Shown in pieces: positions 32,959 through 41,850 of a DNA stretch of 58,065 nt; the stretch's first letter is position 1, and each line of letters begins with the position of its first letter. Origin of the DNA: Acaryochloridaceae cyanobacterium VAR_48_metabat_390 (GTDB lineage: Bacteria > Cyanobacteriota > Cyanobacteriia > Thermosynechococcales > Thermosynechococcaceae); NCBI GenBank assembly GCA_031422435.1, contig JANPLU010000108.1, positions 1 to 58,065 of the forward strand, written 5' to 3'. The notes below the pieces were generated by a model. That model saw only the letters and a list, made by a program, of their open reading frames with translations, was not told where the DNA came from and searched no databases. The position numbers were made by a program, and so were the translations under genes.

Positions 32959-34331
32959 TGGCTGTACCAGAACTGAATACTGCACCCCTAGAAGCAGCAC
33001 CCATGGGGCAGCCCTTTGACGCAGAGCATTCCCCCGACATCAAGCTGATGGATACCTGTGTCCACTGTGGGTTTTGCCTTTCAACCTGTCCTAGCTACCG
33101 CGTCATCGGGAAAGAAACCGATTCCCCTAGAGGCCGCATCTATATGATGCATGACATTAGCGTGGGTAAAACGACCCTCACAAAGGCCACGGTGCAGCAC
33201 TTTGACTCTTGCCTAGGCTGTTTAGCCTGTGTAACCACCTGCCCATCTGGGGTGGAGTACGACAAACTGATTGCGGATATGCGCCCTCAGATTGAGCGCA
33301 ACTACAGTCGTAGCCTGCCTGAGCAGGCATTACGGAAGCTTATTTTTGCAATCTTCCCCTACCCCCAGCGTTTACGGCTGCTGCTGCGACCTTTACTGAT
33401 CTATCAACGTTTAGGTTTGGAAAGCTGGGTACGGCGCAATCCGCTGTTCAAGAAGATTCTGCCCAAAAATATTGCCGCCATGGAGTCGGTTTTGCCGCCG
33501 CTCACCGAAGCTAGCTTTCACGATAATCTACCCGCAGTAATTCCAGCCCAAGGCACCCAGCGCTACCGTGTCGGGATGCTGTTAGGCTGCGTCCAGCGGA
33601 TTTTTCTGCCAGAGGTGAATGACGCAACGGTGCGCGTGTTGACGGCGAACGGCTGCGAGGTGATCATTCCGCCAGAGCAGGGCTGCTGTGCGGCACTTGC
33701 CCATCACCAAGGCCAAGAAGACCAGGCCAAAACCATGGCGCGATCACTGATTGACCAGTTTGACTTCGAGAACCTCGACGCAATTTTAGTGAATGCCTCG
33801 GGCTGTGGACATACCCTCAAAGAGTATGGCATGCTGCTCAAGGACGATGGGGAGTATTGCGATCGCGCCCAAGCCTTTGCCCATAAAGTCCGCGATGTCC
33901 AAGAATTTCTGGATGAAGTGGGCTTAACCACAGAGCTTTCTCCCCTTCAAGGTTCAATGCCCTTGAGCTTGGTGTACCAAGATGCGTGCCATATGCTCCA
34001 CGGACAAAAAATTCAGGCACAGCCCCGTCATCTGCTCAAAAAAATCCCTAACGTGAAGCTACGAGAGCCAGTCGATGCGGCGCTCTGCTGCGGCAGTGCC
34101 GGAATTTACAACATTTTGCAGCCCGAAGTAGGCGATGAGCTGGGCACCCAAAAGGTGCAAAACCTGACCAATACCAAAGCTCAAGTCATAGTGTCTGCCA
34201 ACGTAGGCTGCACGGTGCAGTTACGCAAGCATCTCAGGCTTCAGGAGAAAACCACGCCTGTTTTTCACCCGATGCAGCTCTTAGATTACGCAATTCGAGG
34301 GGAATCTCTGCCGCTAGAGAAGAAAAGCTGA
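32955..34331 (+). CDS. glcF: Glycolate oxidase iron-sulfur subunit
   Basis: CVHCGFCLSTCP and CLGCLACVTTCP 4Fe-4S motifs; two CCG domains (GCCAAL, CCGSAGIYN). Confidence 0.9.
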   Translation: MMAVPELNTAPLEAAPMGQPFDAEHSPDIKLMDTCVHCGFCLSTCPSYRVIGKETDSPRGRIYMMHDISVGKTTLTKATVQHFDSCLGCLACVTTCPSGVEYDKLIADMRPQIERNYSRSLPEQALRKLIFAIFPYPQRLRLLLRPLLIYQRLGLESWVRRNPLFKKILPKNIAAMESVLPPLTEASFHDNLPAVIPAQGTQRYRVGMLLGCVQRIFLPEVNDATVRVLTANGCEVIIPPEQGCCAALAHHQGQEDQAKTMARSLIDQFDFENLDAILVNASGCGHTLKEYGMLLKDDGEYCDRAQAFAHKVRDVQEFLDEVGLTTELSPLQGSMPLSLVYQDACHMLHGQKIQAQPRHLLKKIPNVKLREPVDAALCCGSAGIYNILQPEVGDELGTQKVQNLTNTKAQVIVSANVGCTVQLRKHLRLQEKTTPVFHPMQLLDYAIRGESLPLEKKS

Positions 34332-34404
34332 AGCTTATTTTGGGCTGGGTGGCGATCACCCGTCTAAAGATAGATCGATCTATTTTGGCTGCGTAAACCA
34401 AAGA

Positions 34405-34773
34405 TTAACGAGGAGGATTCCATTGATAGTGCTTGAGGTCTATCCGTTCTTGGGCATCAAAAACAATGCCTTCTTGCTCTAGCAAAATTCGCTGGAGTTC
34501 GTCACTGCCTTCACGCATAGGCGACTGCGATATCATCCCCTTCGCATTGATCACCCGCTGCCAGGGAATCTCAGATTCTGGCGCGGCGGCTCGAAATAGC
34601 GCATAGCCAATCACCCGTGCGCGTCCGTATAGCCCCACTAGGTCTGCAATTTGTCCATAAGTTGCCACCTGCCCTGCCGGAATTTGTCGCACCATTGCAT
34701 AGATGGTTTCGTACAAAGGGCTATTCTCTTTGGGGTCTTTTGGCTTAGACAACCTTGGTTTAGACAAATCCAT
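34405..34773 (-). CDS. Alkyltransferase-like protein (ATL/YbaZ, MGMT family)
   Basis: IPAGQVATYGQIA, ARVIGYAL, IPWQRVINAKG with W in place of the catalytic Cys. Confidence 0.88.
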   Translation of the reverse strand: MDLSKPRLSKPKDPKENSPLYETIYAMVRQIPAGQVATYGQIADLVGLYGRARVIGYALFRAAAPESEIPWQRVINAKGMISQSPMREGSDELQRILLEQEGIVFDAQERIDLKHYQWNPPR

Positions 34774-35413
34774 GCTCCGCTAAGAAGTCTGGCGTAATTT
34801 CAGCTTCAGGTTGGTGACGCGCAGGGTACTGCAATAGCTTTGCCACATATTTGCCCAGCATATCCGTTTCAATATTGACCGCGTGACCCGAGGCAAGATA
34901 CTGCAAATTGGTATTCGCAAAGCTATGGGGAATGACCGCAATCATAAACTGAGTGCCGTCAGTGGTGCAGTTAGCAACGGTTAAGCTCACCCCATTAATG
35001 GCAACGCTGCCCTTAGACAAAATGTAGCGCCCTAGCTCAGGCGAGACTGTAAAGTGCATTTCCCACGATTCTGCACTTTGCCCAAAGACTTTGACGTGAC
35101 CAATACCGTCAACGTGCCCCGAGACAAAATGGCCGCCCAGGCGATCGCCCACCCGCAGCGCAGGCTCTAAATTAACGACCCAATCTGTATTAATCGTTTT
35201 TTCGAGCGTCGTTCGCCGCAGCGTTTCTGGAGAGACTGTTACCACAAACCCACTGTCTGTCAGCGTTTCGACAGTTAAGCAAGAACCATCTACCGCCACG
35301 CTGTCCCCAATAGCAAGCGCACTCACAAAGGCTTTGTTGGAGCAGCGCACCAAGAGCTGACGCGGACTTAGCGACTGAAGCGACCCAGACGCCTGAATTA
35401 ACCCTGTAAACAC
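34760..35413 (-). CDS. ribE: Riboflavin synthase (alpha chain)
   Basis: MFTGL N-terminus, GDSVAVDGSCLTV, GGHFVSGHVDG, GSVAINGVSLTV. Confidence 0.95.
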   Translation of the reverse strand: MFTGLIQASGSLQSLSPRQLLVRCSNKAFVSALAIGDSVAVDGSCLTVETLTDSGFVVTVSPETLRRTTLEKTINTDWVVNLEPALRVGDRLGGHFVSGHVDGIGHVKVFGQSAESWEMHFTVSPELGRYILSKGSVAINGVSLTVANCTTDGTQFMIAVIPHSFANTNLQYLASGHAVNIETDMLGKYVAKLLQYPARHQPEAEITPDFLAEHGFV

Positions 35414-35655
35414 AGTCTAAATATCTAAAGGTGAATATGTATAGTCTACTTTCCGTAGTTTTGCGGATGTAACCTATCTGGCTAGTTCGTTAGTATGTTA
35501 ATAGATTTATTATCACAAAAACTAAGCGATCCATCTCCCTTAAAATTCAGTATTCTGAAGATAGATTCAGCTCATTGCTTGTGTAACGTTGCGACTAGAC
35601 CGATTGTGTCATCGCACTGCCCTGTTTGAAACCCGCATTCTGTGAGGCATCGCGC

Positions 35656-36171
35656 ATGATTGAGATGAATGTTGCAGGCATTGCCCTAGACGCAACTACC
35701 CGTGTTCCAATTGTGTTGCTTAAAGACTCAACAGAGCGTCGCGCGTTACCGATCTGGATTGGTCAAAACGAGGCCAGAGCCATTCTGAGCGTCCTCGAAA
35801 ATCAGTCCCCGCCCAGACCCATGACCCACGACCTGCTGGGGAACTGTCTGACAGCGCTTGGCGTTTCCCTAGAGCGCATCATTATTCATTCCCTCGAAGA
35901 CAATACGTTTTATGCAGTGCTCACCCTCAAGCAAGGAGAAACCACCCATCGCGTAGACGCTCGCCCCAGTGATGCGATCGCCCTTGCCCTGCGTCTCAAT
36001 ACGCCCATCTGGGTGATGGAAGAAGTGGTAGCAGATGCCTCTATCCCCGTCGATCAGGAGGCAGATGAAGAAGAACGCGCTGCCTTCCGCAGTTTCTTAA
36101 ACAACATTCGCCCTGAAGATTTTGCCCAAAGCTCTGGTGGTAGCGGCGGCGAACCCTCTAGCTTGGGTTAA
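35656..36171 (+). CDS. Bifunctional nuclease family protein (DUF151)
   Basis: LPIWIGQNEARAI, PRPMTHDL, DARPSDAIALALR; ATG at 35656. Confidence 0.9.
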   Translation: MIEMNVAGIALDATTRVPIVLLKDSTERRALPIWIGQNEARAILSVLENQSPPRPMTHDLLGNCLTALGVSLERIIIHSLEDNTFYAVLTLKQGETTHRVDARPSDAIALALRLNTPIWVMEEVVADASIPVDQEADEEERAAFRSFLNNIRPEDFAQSSGGSGGEPSSLG

Positions 36172-37307
36172 TGCAGTACCGCCGCTTTGGCAAAACCAAT
36201 CTCTCCCTATCGGTATTTACCTTGGGGACGATGCGCTATTTGGCCTCAGCACATAACGCTCAGGCAACGTTAGAACGGGCGATCGCCCTGGGCATCAATC
36301 ACGTTGAAACGGCTCAAGGTTACGGTCAAAGCGAAGTGTATCTCGGCAACGCCCTTAAGCAAGGGATTGGCGCTGCACGAGAAAACCTAATTATTACGAC
36401 TAAAATTTCGCCTAAGCCGGATGCAGCCAGCATGGCAGAGGCCATTGGGCGATCGCTTTCTCGGCTACAGCTAGAGTCGGTAGACTGTCTTGCTATCCAC
36501 GGCATCAACACAGCGGAGCATCTAGCATGGGTTCAAAACCCGAAGGGCTGCATGACTGCGGTTCGGGATGCAGTTGCCGCCGGAAAAATTAAGCACGTTG
36601 GGTTCTCTACCCATGCGCCTCTAGACATTATTCTGGCCACTATCAACAGCAGCTTCTTTGAATTTGTAAACCTACACTACAGCCTATTCTTTCAGCGCAA
36701 TGCTCCAGCTGTTGCCTTAGCGCATCAAAAAGACATGGGCGTGTTTATTATCTCCCCTGCTGATAAAGGCGGAATGCTCTACACGCCACCCCCGACCCTA
36801 AAGGAGCTTTGTGCGCCGCTCGATCCGCTGCACTTTAACGCCAGATTTTTGCTCAGTCAGCCCGCTGTAACGACTCTGAGTGTTGGGGCGGCGATACCCA
36901 AAGAGTTGGACTGGCCTTTGGCGATCGCCGACCAAACCGCTCCTCTCACCAGTTCTGAAGAGAATATTCTAGAACGACTTAAAACTCACGCTGCCCAAAC
37001 GCTCCAAGCCGATCAGTGCCACCAGTGCAGCGCCTGTTTACCATGCCCAGAGAATATCAATATCCCAGAAGTGTTGCGGCTGCGAAACTTAGCGGTGGCT
37101 TACGATATGACAGATTTTGGACGCTACCGCTACCGCATGTTTGAAAACGCAGGCCACTGGTTCCCTGGACGCAAGGCCGATAAATGCACTGAGTGTGGTG
37201 ATTGTCTGCCCCGCTGCCCCTCCAATTTACCAATTCCAGCGCTATTGTTGGACACCCATGATCGCCTTCAAGACACGCCTCGCCCTCGCCTGTGGGACTC
37301 TATGTGA
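36171..37307 (+). CDS. Aldo/keto reductase with C-terminal 4Fe-4S dicluster
   Basis: YRRFGKT, ETAQGYGQSE, HVGFSTH; CHQCSACLPCP and CTECGDCLPRCP. Confidence 0.9.
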   Translation: MQYRRFGKTNLSLSVFTLGTMRYLASAHNAQATLERAIALGINHVETAQGYGQSEVYLGNALKQGIGAARENLIITTKISPKPDAASMAEAIGRSLSRLQLESVDCLAIHGINTAEHLAWVQNPKGCMTAVRDAVAAGKIKHVGFSTHAPLDIILATINSSFFEFVNLHYSLFFQRNAPAVALAHQKDMGVFIISPADKGGMLYTPPPTLKELCAPLDPLHFNARFLLSQPAVTTLSVGAAIPKELDWPLAIADQTAPLTSSEENILERLKTHAAQTLQADQCHQCSACLPCPENINIPEVLRLRNLAVAYDMTDFGRYRYRMFENAGHWFPGRKADKCTECGDCLPRCPSNLPIPALLLDTHDRLQDTPRPRLWDSM

Positions 37308-37389
37308 AGAAGCAAATATTTTTGGCAGCGCCTAGGGATATTACAAGACGTGATGATACGTCTAAATAAATCAACGCTAGAACAGCGCT

Positions 37390-37437
37390 AAAAAAATCTG
37401 AGAGCCTACCTTGATGATTATCAAAATAGACTCCCAG
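37390..37437 (-). terminator. Rho-independent terminator of apcD
   Basis: Minus strand CTGGGAGTCTATTTTGAT-AATC-ATCAAGGTAGGCTCTCAG forms an 18-bp stem with G:U pairs that work only on this strand, followed by A and T7. Confidence 0.75.
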
Positions 37438-37478
37438 CTTTTTTCTAGACGTAGATTCAGGCAATGGAAAATGAAACG

Positions 37479-37964
37479 CTAAGACATTGCCTGCACAATG
37501 TAGTCAAAGTAAGGCGCAGCCACTGCCGCTTCATCATCAGACAGCAGCGCCAAAGACGCAGCCTTAAGGCAACGAATCGCCTCCGCCATGCCAGGGACAG
37601 GGACACCCAAAGAGCTATACATTTCCCGAACCCCAATCAGCCCAATCTTCTCAATCGGATCCTTGTCCCCAGAAACCAATCCGTAGGTGATCAGGCGCAT
37701 GTACCAACCGTAGTCACGCAGGCACAGCGCCCGCTCACGACTGCCGTAGGCGTTACCGCCCGGTGCAATAAAATCAGGGCGCTTTTGCCAGAGCTGCCGA
37801 CTGGCCTGCTCTACAATTCGCTTCTCATTTTCGCCGAGGGTGTTGGCAATTTTAACCCGCACCTCACCAGATTTGAAGAACTCCGCAATGCTTTGTAGTT
37901 CGCCGGCGCTGGGGTAGCGCAGCTCATCATCGGCCTGAAGTACGACTTGACTGACAACACTCAT
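37479..37964 (-). CDS. apcD: Allophycocyanin alpha-B subunit
   Basis: [30 protein letters not shown], chromophore Cys in [22 protein letters not shown]; 161 aa. Confidence 0.95.
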   Translation of the reverse strand: MSVVSQVVLQADDELRYPSAGELQSIAEFFKSGEVRVKIANTLGENEKRIVEQASRQLWQKRPDFIAPGGNAYGSRERALCLRDYGWYMRLITYGLVSGDKDPIEKIGLIGVREMYSSLGVPVPGMAEAIRCLKAASLALLSDDEAAVAAPYFDYIVQAMS

Positions 37965-38080
37965 AACGTTTTTGCCACCTTTTTAATACCACTTTGTAGT
38001 TTACCGACTCAAGGGGAACCGAAGAAAGAGAATCGCTTCTGTCTCAGGAAAGCTTTACGATTCTAAACATCTTTTCAGAT

Positions 38081-38386
38081 TTAGGGTAGGAGCTTTGAAT
38101 GTCCGTGGGTTGGACAAGGCGGTGCGCTAATGGTGCGATCAAGCCATCCTGTAGCCTGCTGTAGCCGCGCTAAAGCCTCTTCAGGCTCATCCTTGAGCAG
38201 GTATATTAAAGCAGTTGCGGCCTGCTCCAAAGCACGGCTGCGACGATTCGATTTAAGGCGATGCCAGTCTTCGGGCTTGAGGCTAAGCTGATGAGCGAGC
38301 TGTTGCGCCAACGCCAGAGAATTATCCGGTTTAGCCAGACTCCGGAGGTCAGGCTTGGCGCTAAGGTTTGGTAGAGAGACGGTCAT
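38081..38386 (-). CDS. Conserved cyanobacterial hypothetical protein (DUF6439-like)
   Basis: DWHRLKSNRRSRALEQ..QATGWLDRTISAPPCPTHGH; probable ATG at 38386. Confidence 0.7.
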   Translation of the reverse strand: MTVSLPNLSAKPDLRSLAKPDNSLALAQQLAHQLSLKPEDWHRLKSNRRSRALEQAATALIYLLKDEPEEALARLQQATGWLDRTISAPPCPTHGHSKLLP

Positions 38387-38680
38387 AGTAATCCTGTGGG
38401 CGTCCGTACTGATTTTAGCGAAGATTATTGCTAGAATGCCTATGGCTTTATCTGCGGCGTTGGTGACTGCCAACAAGTTTATTGATCTATGCTTGTTTTG
38501 TACGGGAGCTATTTTGTCCGGTTGCGGTAGACCAGGCTTGTACCTGGAAACCTTATACCAAGACACTCGGCACCCACCTGGTTCTAGCCAGGTCACAAAC
38601 TGAGGTAAAACGGCGCTGCGGGAAAGCTACCTCACGACACCTGCCTCTACTTTAAATTTATTTAATTTGCAACCTTTAGG

Positions 38681-38998
38681 TTAAGTTTGACCAAACTGAA
38701 GGCTGTATACAATGTCTTCTTTATTCGATTCAATCTTGAGGTTAGAGCGGGGATAGGCCACGCATAGAAGCGCATAGCCTTTCGCCACAATCTCAGGACC
38801 CAAACCCATCGCGTCTATCTGCTCAACATCGCCTTCTAAAATTTGAGCGGCACAGGTTGTACAAACGCCAGCACCACAGGAAGTGGGCAAATCCACTCCA
38901 GCGGCATGAGCGGACACCAAAACGGTCTGGTCATCAGGTGCTGGGATGGTGTAGATAGTTCCGTTATGGCTAATTTCTGCGGTGTAAGTGTTGCCCAT
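38681..38998 (-). CDS. Plant-type 2Fe-2S ferredoxin (minor paralogue)
   Basis: LPTSCGAGVCTTCAA..LLCVAYPRS; ATG at 38998. Confidence 0.92.
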   Translation of the reverse strand: MGNTYTAEISHNGTIYTIPAPDDQTVLVSAHAAGVDLPTSCGAGVCTTCAAQILEGDVEQIDAMGLGPEIVAKGYALLCVAYPRSNLKIESNKEDIVYSLQFGQT

Positions 38999-39766
38999 CG
39001 GTAAAACAATCAATAAGAAAGGGTAGGGACTGCCTTTACAAGGCAGTCTTTTATTTTTTCATATTCCAGGACGTTTAGGAAAAATGCAAAGACGTGTCCC
39101 AAAGCTTGTGTAGAGCATCTGTACGCTTACAAAGGTTGCTAAAGCTAAGGTCAGAAGGGGTAGGAACTAATTTGAGACAATGGCGGACTTCAAAATTCGA
39201 TGTTAACGAGTGATGTAATTATTCTGGCAAAGATCGCCCTCATGGTCGTTGTGCGTTGGTAGTTCTTGGACGTTAGCCCCAAAGCGCTTTGATATCAAGT
39301 CATTCATCTGCCCCAGCTTACACAGAGCCTCTGGAAATCAGTCAAAGGCTCACGCCTGTTTTCTTAGCTGCCCAACCCCCCAAAGGTCGCGGTCGTAAAC
39401 AGCGAGCCAGGAGTGACTTGACTAATGGCACCTGCATCTAGAAGTGGTTGGAAGGTGAGCCAGTGCGATCGCTCTACTTAAGTCTTGCTGCAAAAACGCC
39501 AGCAGCACATAAACACCGCTGTAAAGCACGGAACCTAGCATCAAGAAAAAATGTTAATTCGTTAAAGTGGATCTATTGCAGGGGCTGCACGATACCGCAG
39601 GAAATATGATCTGCCTACATTTAATGCAATAAGATCATTGCCTATGACACTGCCGCACCAAGCCATGCATCAAGTTGGCGGTGGTCAGCGTTTTCACAAA
39701 TCAAAGTCAACTCCTGCTACCCGATGATGGTCGCTGTTAGCCTGTCCTAGGCAAAGAGAGATACTC

Positions 39767-40636
39767 ATGAAATCAAAAGATGTAAGTAAAACCGTGTCTA
39801 CCAAAGAAGCTTCGCTCAGACAGGCGCTTAAGAAAAATAAGAAAATCAAAAAAACTGTCAAGAATGCTGCCAGTGAACTTGGAGGGGTAAATGAAGTTCT
39901 GAAGGAAGAAGAAGCCCCTGCTCAGACTAAGAAACAGGCTCTCTCTGAGAACGAAGAGGTTGAACGGAAGGTTGCGAAAGCCGCAGCCGAGTTGAAGGTA
40001 GTTAACACCAAACTCACCGATGAAATAGCTGAGCGAAGGGTTATCGAATCTGAACTTACCCATACGAAGACCAACTTAGCCGAAGTACGCGACGATTTAT
40101 CAAAAGCCCAGTCAAAAACGGAAGAAGCCCAACAAATGGCGCTTCAGGATGCACTCACGGGGCTTCCCAACCGTGTATCATTTGAACAGAGTCTCAACGA
40201 AGGGTTGAACCAGGCAAAACGGCACGGTTGGGGACTCGCCGTCCTATTTATTGACATCGACAAATTCAAGAGTATTAACGACTCTTATGGTCATGATGTG
40301 GGAGATCAGGTGCTGCTGATGGTGGCAAATCGTTTAAGGTCTTTTTTGCGCGATCAAGACATAGTTAGTCGCTGGGGAGGCGACGAATTTGTAGGGCTGT
40401 TGCTAGAAGTTAAGCAAGAAGCTGACATAACTCGCCTTGCAGGAAAGATGGTAAGTTATATTGCTGAAGCTTACGAGTTTAATGGGCATATTTTTTCTAT
40501 AGTAGTCAGTATCGGTATTGCCATTTATCCTACGGATGGAGACATATCCGATATTCTTTTCAAAAATGCCGATACAGCAATGTATAAAGCAAAGGGAACC
40601 AAGAAGCGAGTTGTACTGTTTCAAGACCAGGGTTAG
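39767..40636 (+). CDS. Diguanylate cyclase (N-terminal coiled coil + GGDEF domain)
   Basis: DALTGLPNR, DIDKFKSINDSYGHDVGD, RDQD..RWGGDEF, ADTAMYKAK. Confidence 0.92.
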   Translation: MKSKDVSKTVSTKEASLRQALKKNKKIKKTVKNAASELGGVNEVLKEEEAPAQTKKQALSENEEVERKVAKAAAELKVVNTKLTDEIAERRVIESELTHTKTNLAEVRDDLSKAQSKTEEAQQMALQDALTGLPNRVSFEQSLNEGLNQAKRHGWGLAVLFIDIDKFKSINDSYGHDVGDQVLLMVANRLRSFLRDQDIVSRWGGDEFVGLLLEVKQEADITRLAGKMVSYIAEAYEFNGHIFSIVVSIGIAIYPTDGDISDILFKNADTAMYKAKGTKKRVVLFQDQG

Positions 40637-40680
40637 CAAAAAAAACGGACTGCCATAGTCCCTAAGATAGATTGATAGAC

Positions 40681-41690
40681 TCAAAGGTCGGCGGTTTCTA
40701 AGCCCAGCTCACGCTTCAGCAGCTCGATCGAATGTGGGTCAATATAGCTGTCACAGCAGACCACCTGAGGAATGCGAATCAGGTCATCGGCAGCCTTGGC
40801 GATCGCCGCTTTCACTGGGGCACAACTGGCGCGATCGCAGATAATCGTCTGAGATTGCTTAATCAACGCCCGTACCTAGTCGCATCTTGGCACTGAGCCG
40901 TCATTACATAGAGATCTTCGCCCCGCACACTATGTACCATCACCTCCGCCACACCCAAAGTGCCAGAACTTAAGCTAACAAGCCCCACACGAGAACCTGC
41001 GGGGAGCGAATGGATCAGCGCCAGCTCCCGCTGATAGTTATAAATGTCGATCGCAATAATACGAAATGCTCGGCTGGCAGGCTGGTCGGTCTGCTGTAGC
41101 TCTTTGAGTAAATTTTCGGCCTGACTGGTAAAGTAGCGCACCGTCACCAGCGTTGCGGCACTGCGCTGGGTCAGCACCGCCGCCAAATCTTCTAAAAACA
41201 CAAGCTGTACAGGAATCGACAGAGCGCTTTGTAGCTCCTGCACAATAATTTCCCCCGCGCCTAGGTCGTGGCGCGGCACCGTCACCAAAAGCTGGGTGCT
41301 GGCTCTTAAGCGCTCATCCATCGCCCGCAAAAATAAATCTCGCACCTGGTTAAGAGAATAGCCCTGCTGCAAAAATCCATCCAAGCTTTGCTCAATCATC
41401 TCCCGAATGGGGACAGGCGTTGCATTGGCAGGTTGGGTGCTTTCTTGACCTAGAGCGCGCACGTAAATACCGGAACCCATGTGAGCCTCTACAAAGCCAG
41501 CCGTGGCTAGGCGCTCATAGACCTTACTGATGGTGTTGCGGTGTAACCCTGTCTGCATCGCCAACTGGCGTGTGCTGGGCAGACGGTACCCAGGCGAAAA
41601 CTGACGAGAGGCGATCGCAAAGCAAATCTGGCTAAAGAGCTGCGTCGAAGCCGGAATTTCGCCATCGGTTTGAATATGAAACTCGACCAT
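40681..41690 (-). pseudogene. plmA: PlmA-type GntR regulator split by a 1-nt frameshift (true pseudogene or sequencing error)
   Basis: N-terminal part 41690-40863 (IPASTQLF..LPSTRQLAMQTGLHRNTISKVY) continues in another frame as VRALIKQSQTIICD..DLIRIPQVVCCDSYIDPHSIELLKRELGL to 40681. Confidence 0.85.
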
Positions 41691-41850
41691 GCTAAAGACT
41701 TAACCTATTGCGCGAGAACCTTACCTAACCTTAGAAGCATTTTCGATAGATTATGAGCCTCACTGAGCAGAGTGGTGGCTTACATTCCCGTTGATGTAGC
41801 CTCGCTTAGGCAATAGGGTAGCCAGCGGTAAGCTGTATCCCAGCAATATT

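Noticed and set aside
35414..35655. FMN riboswitch upstream of riboflavin synthase
   Set aside because: No RFN consensus visible; looks like an AT-rich divergent promoter
37464..37898. 144-aa + strand ORF
   Set aside because: Lies antisense across apcD; no family signature
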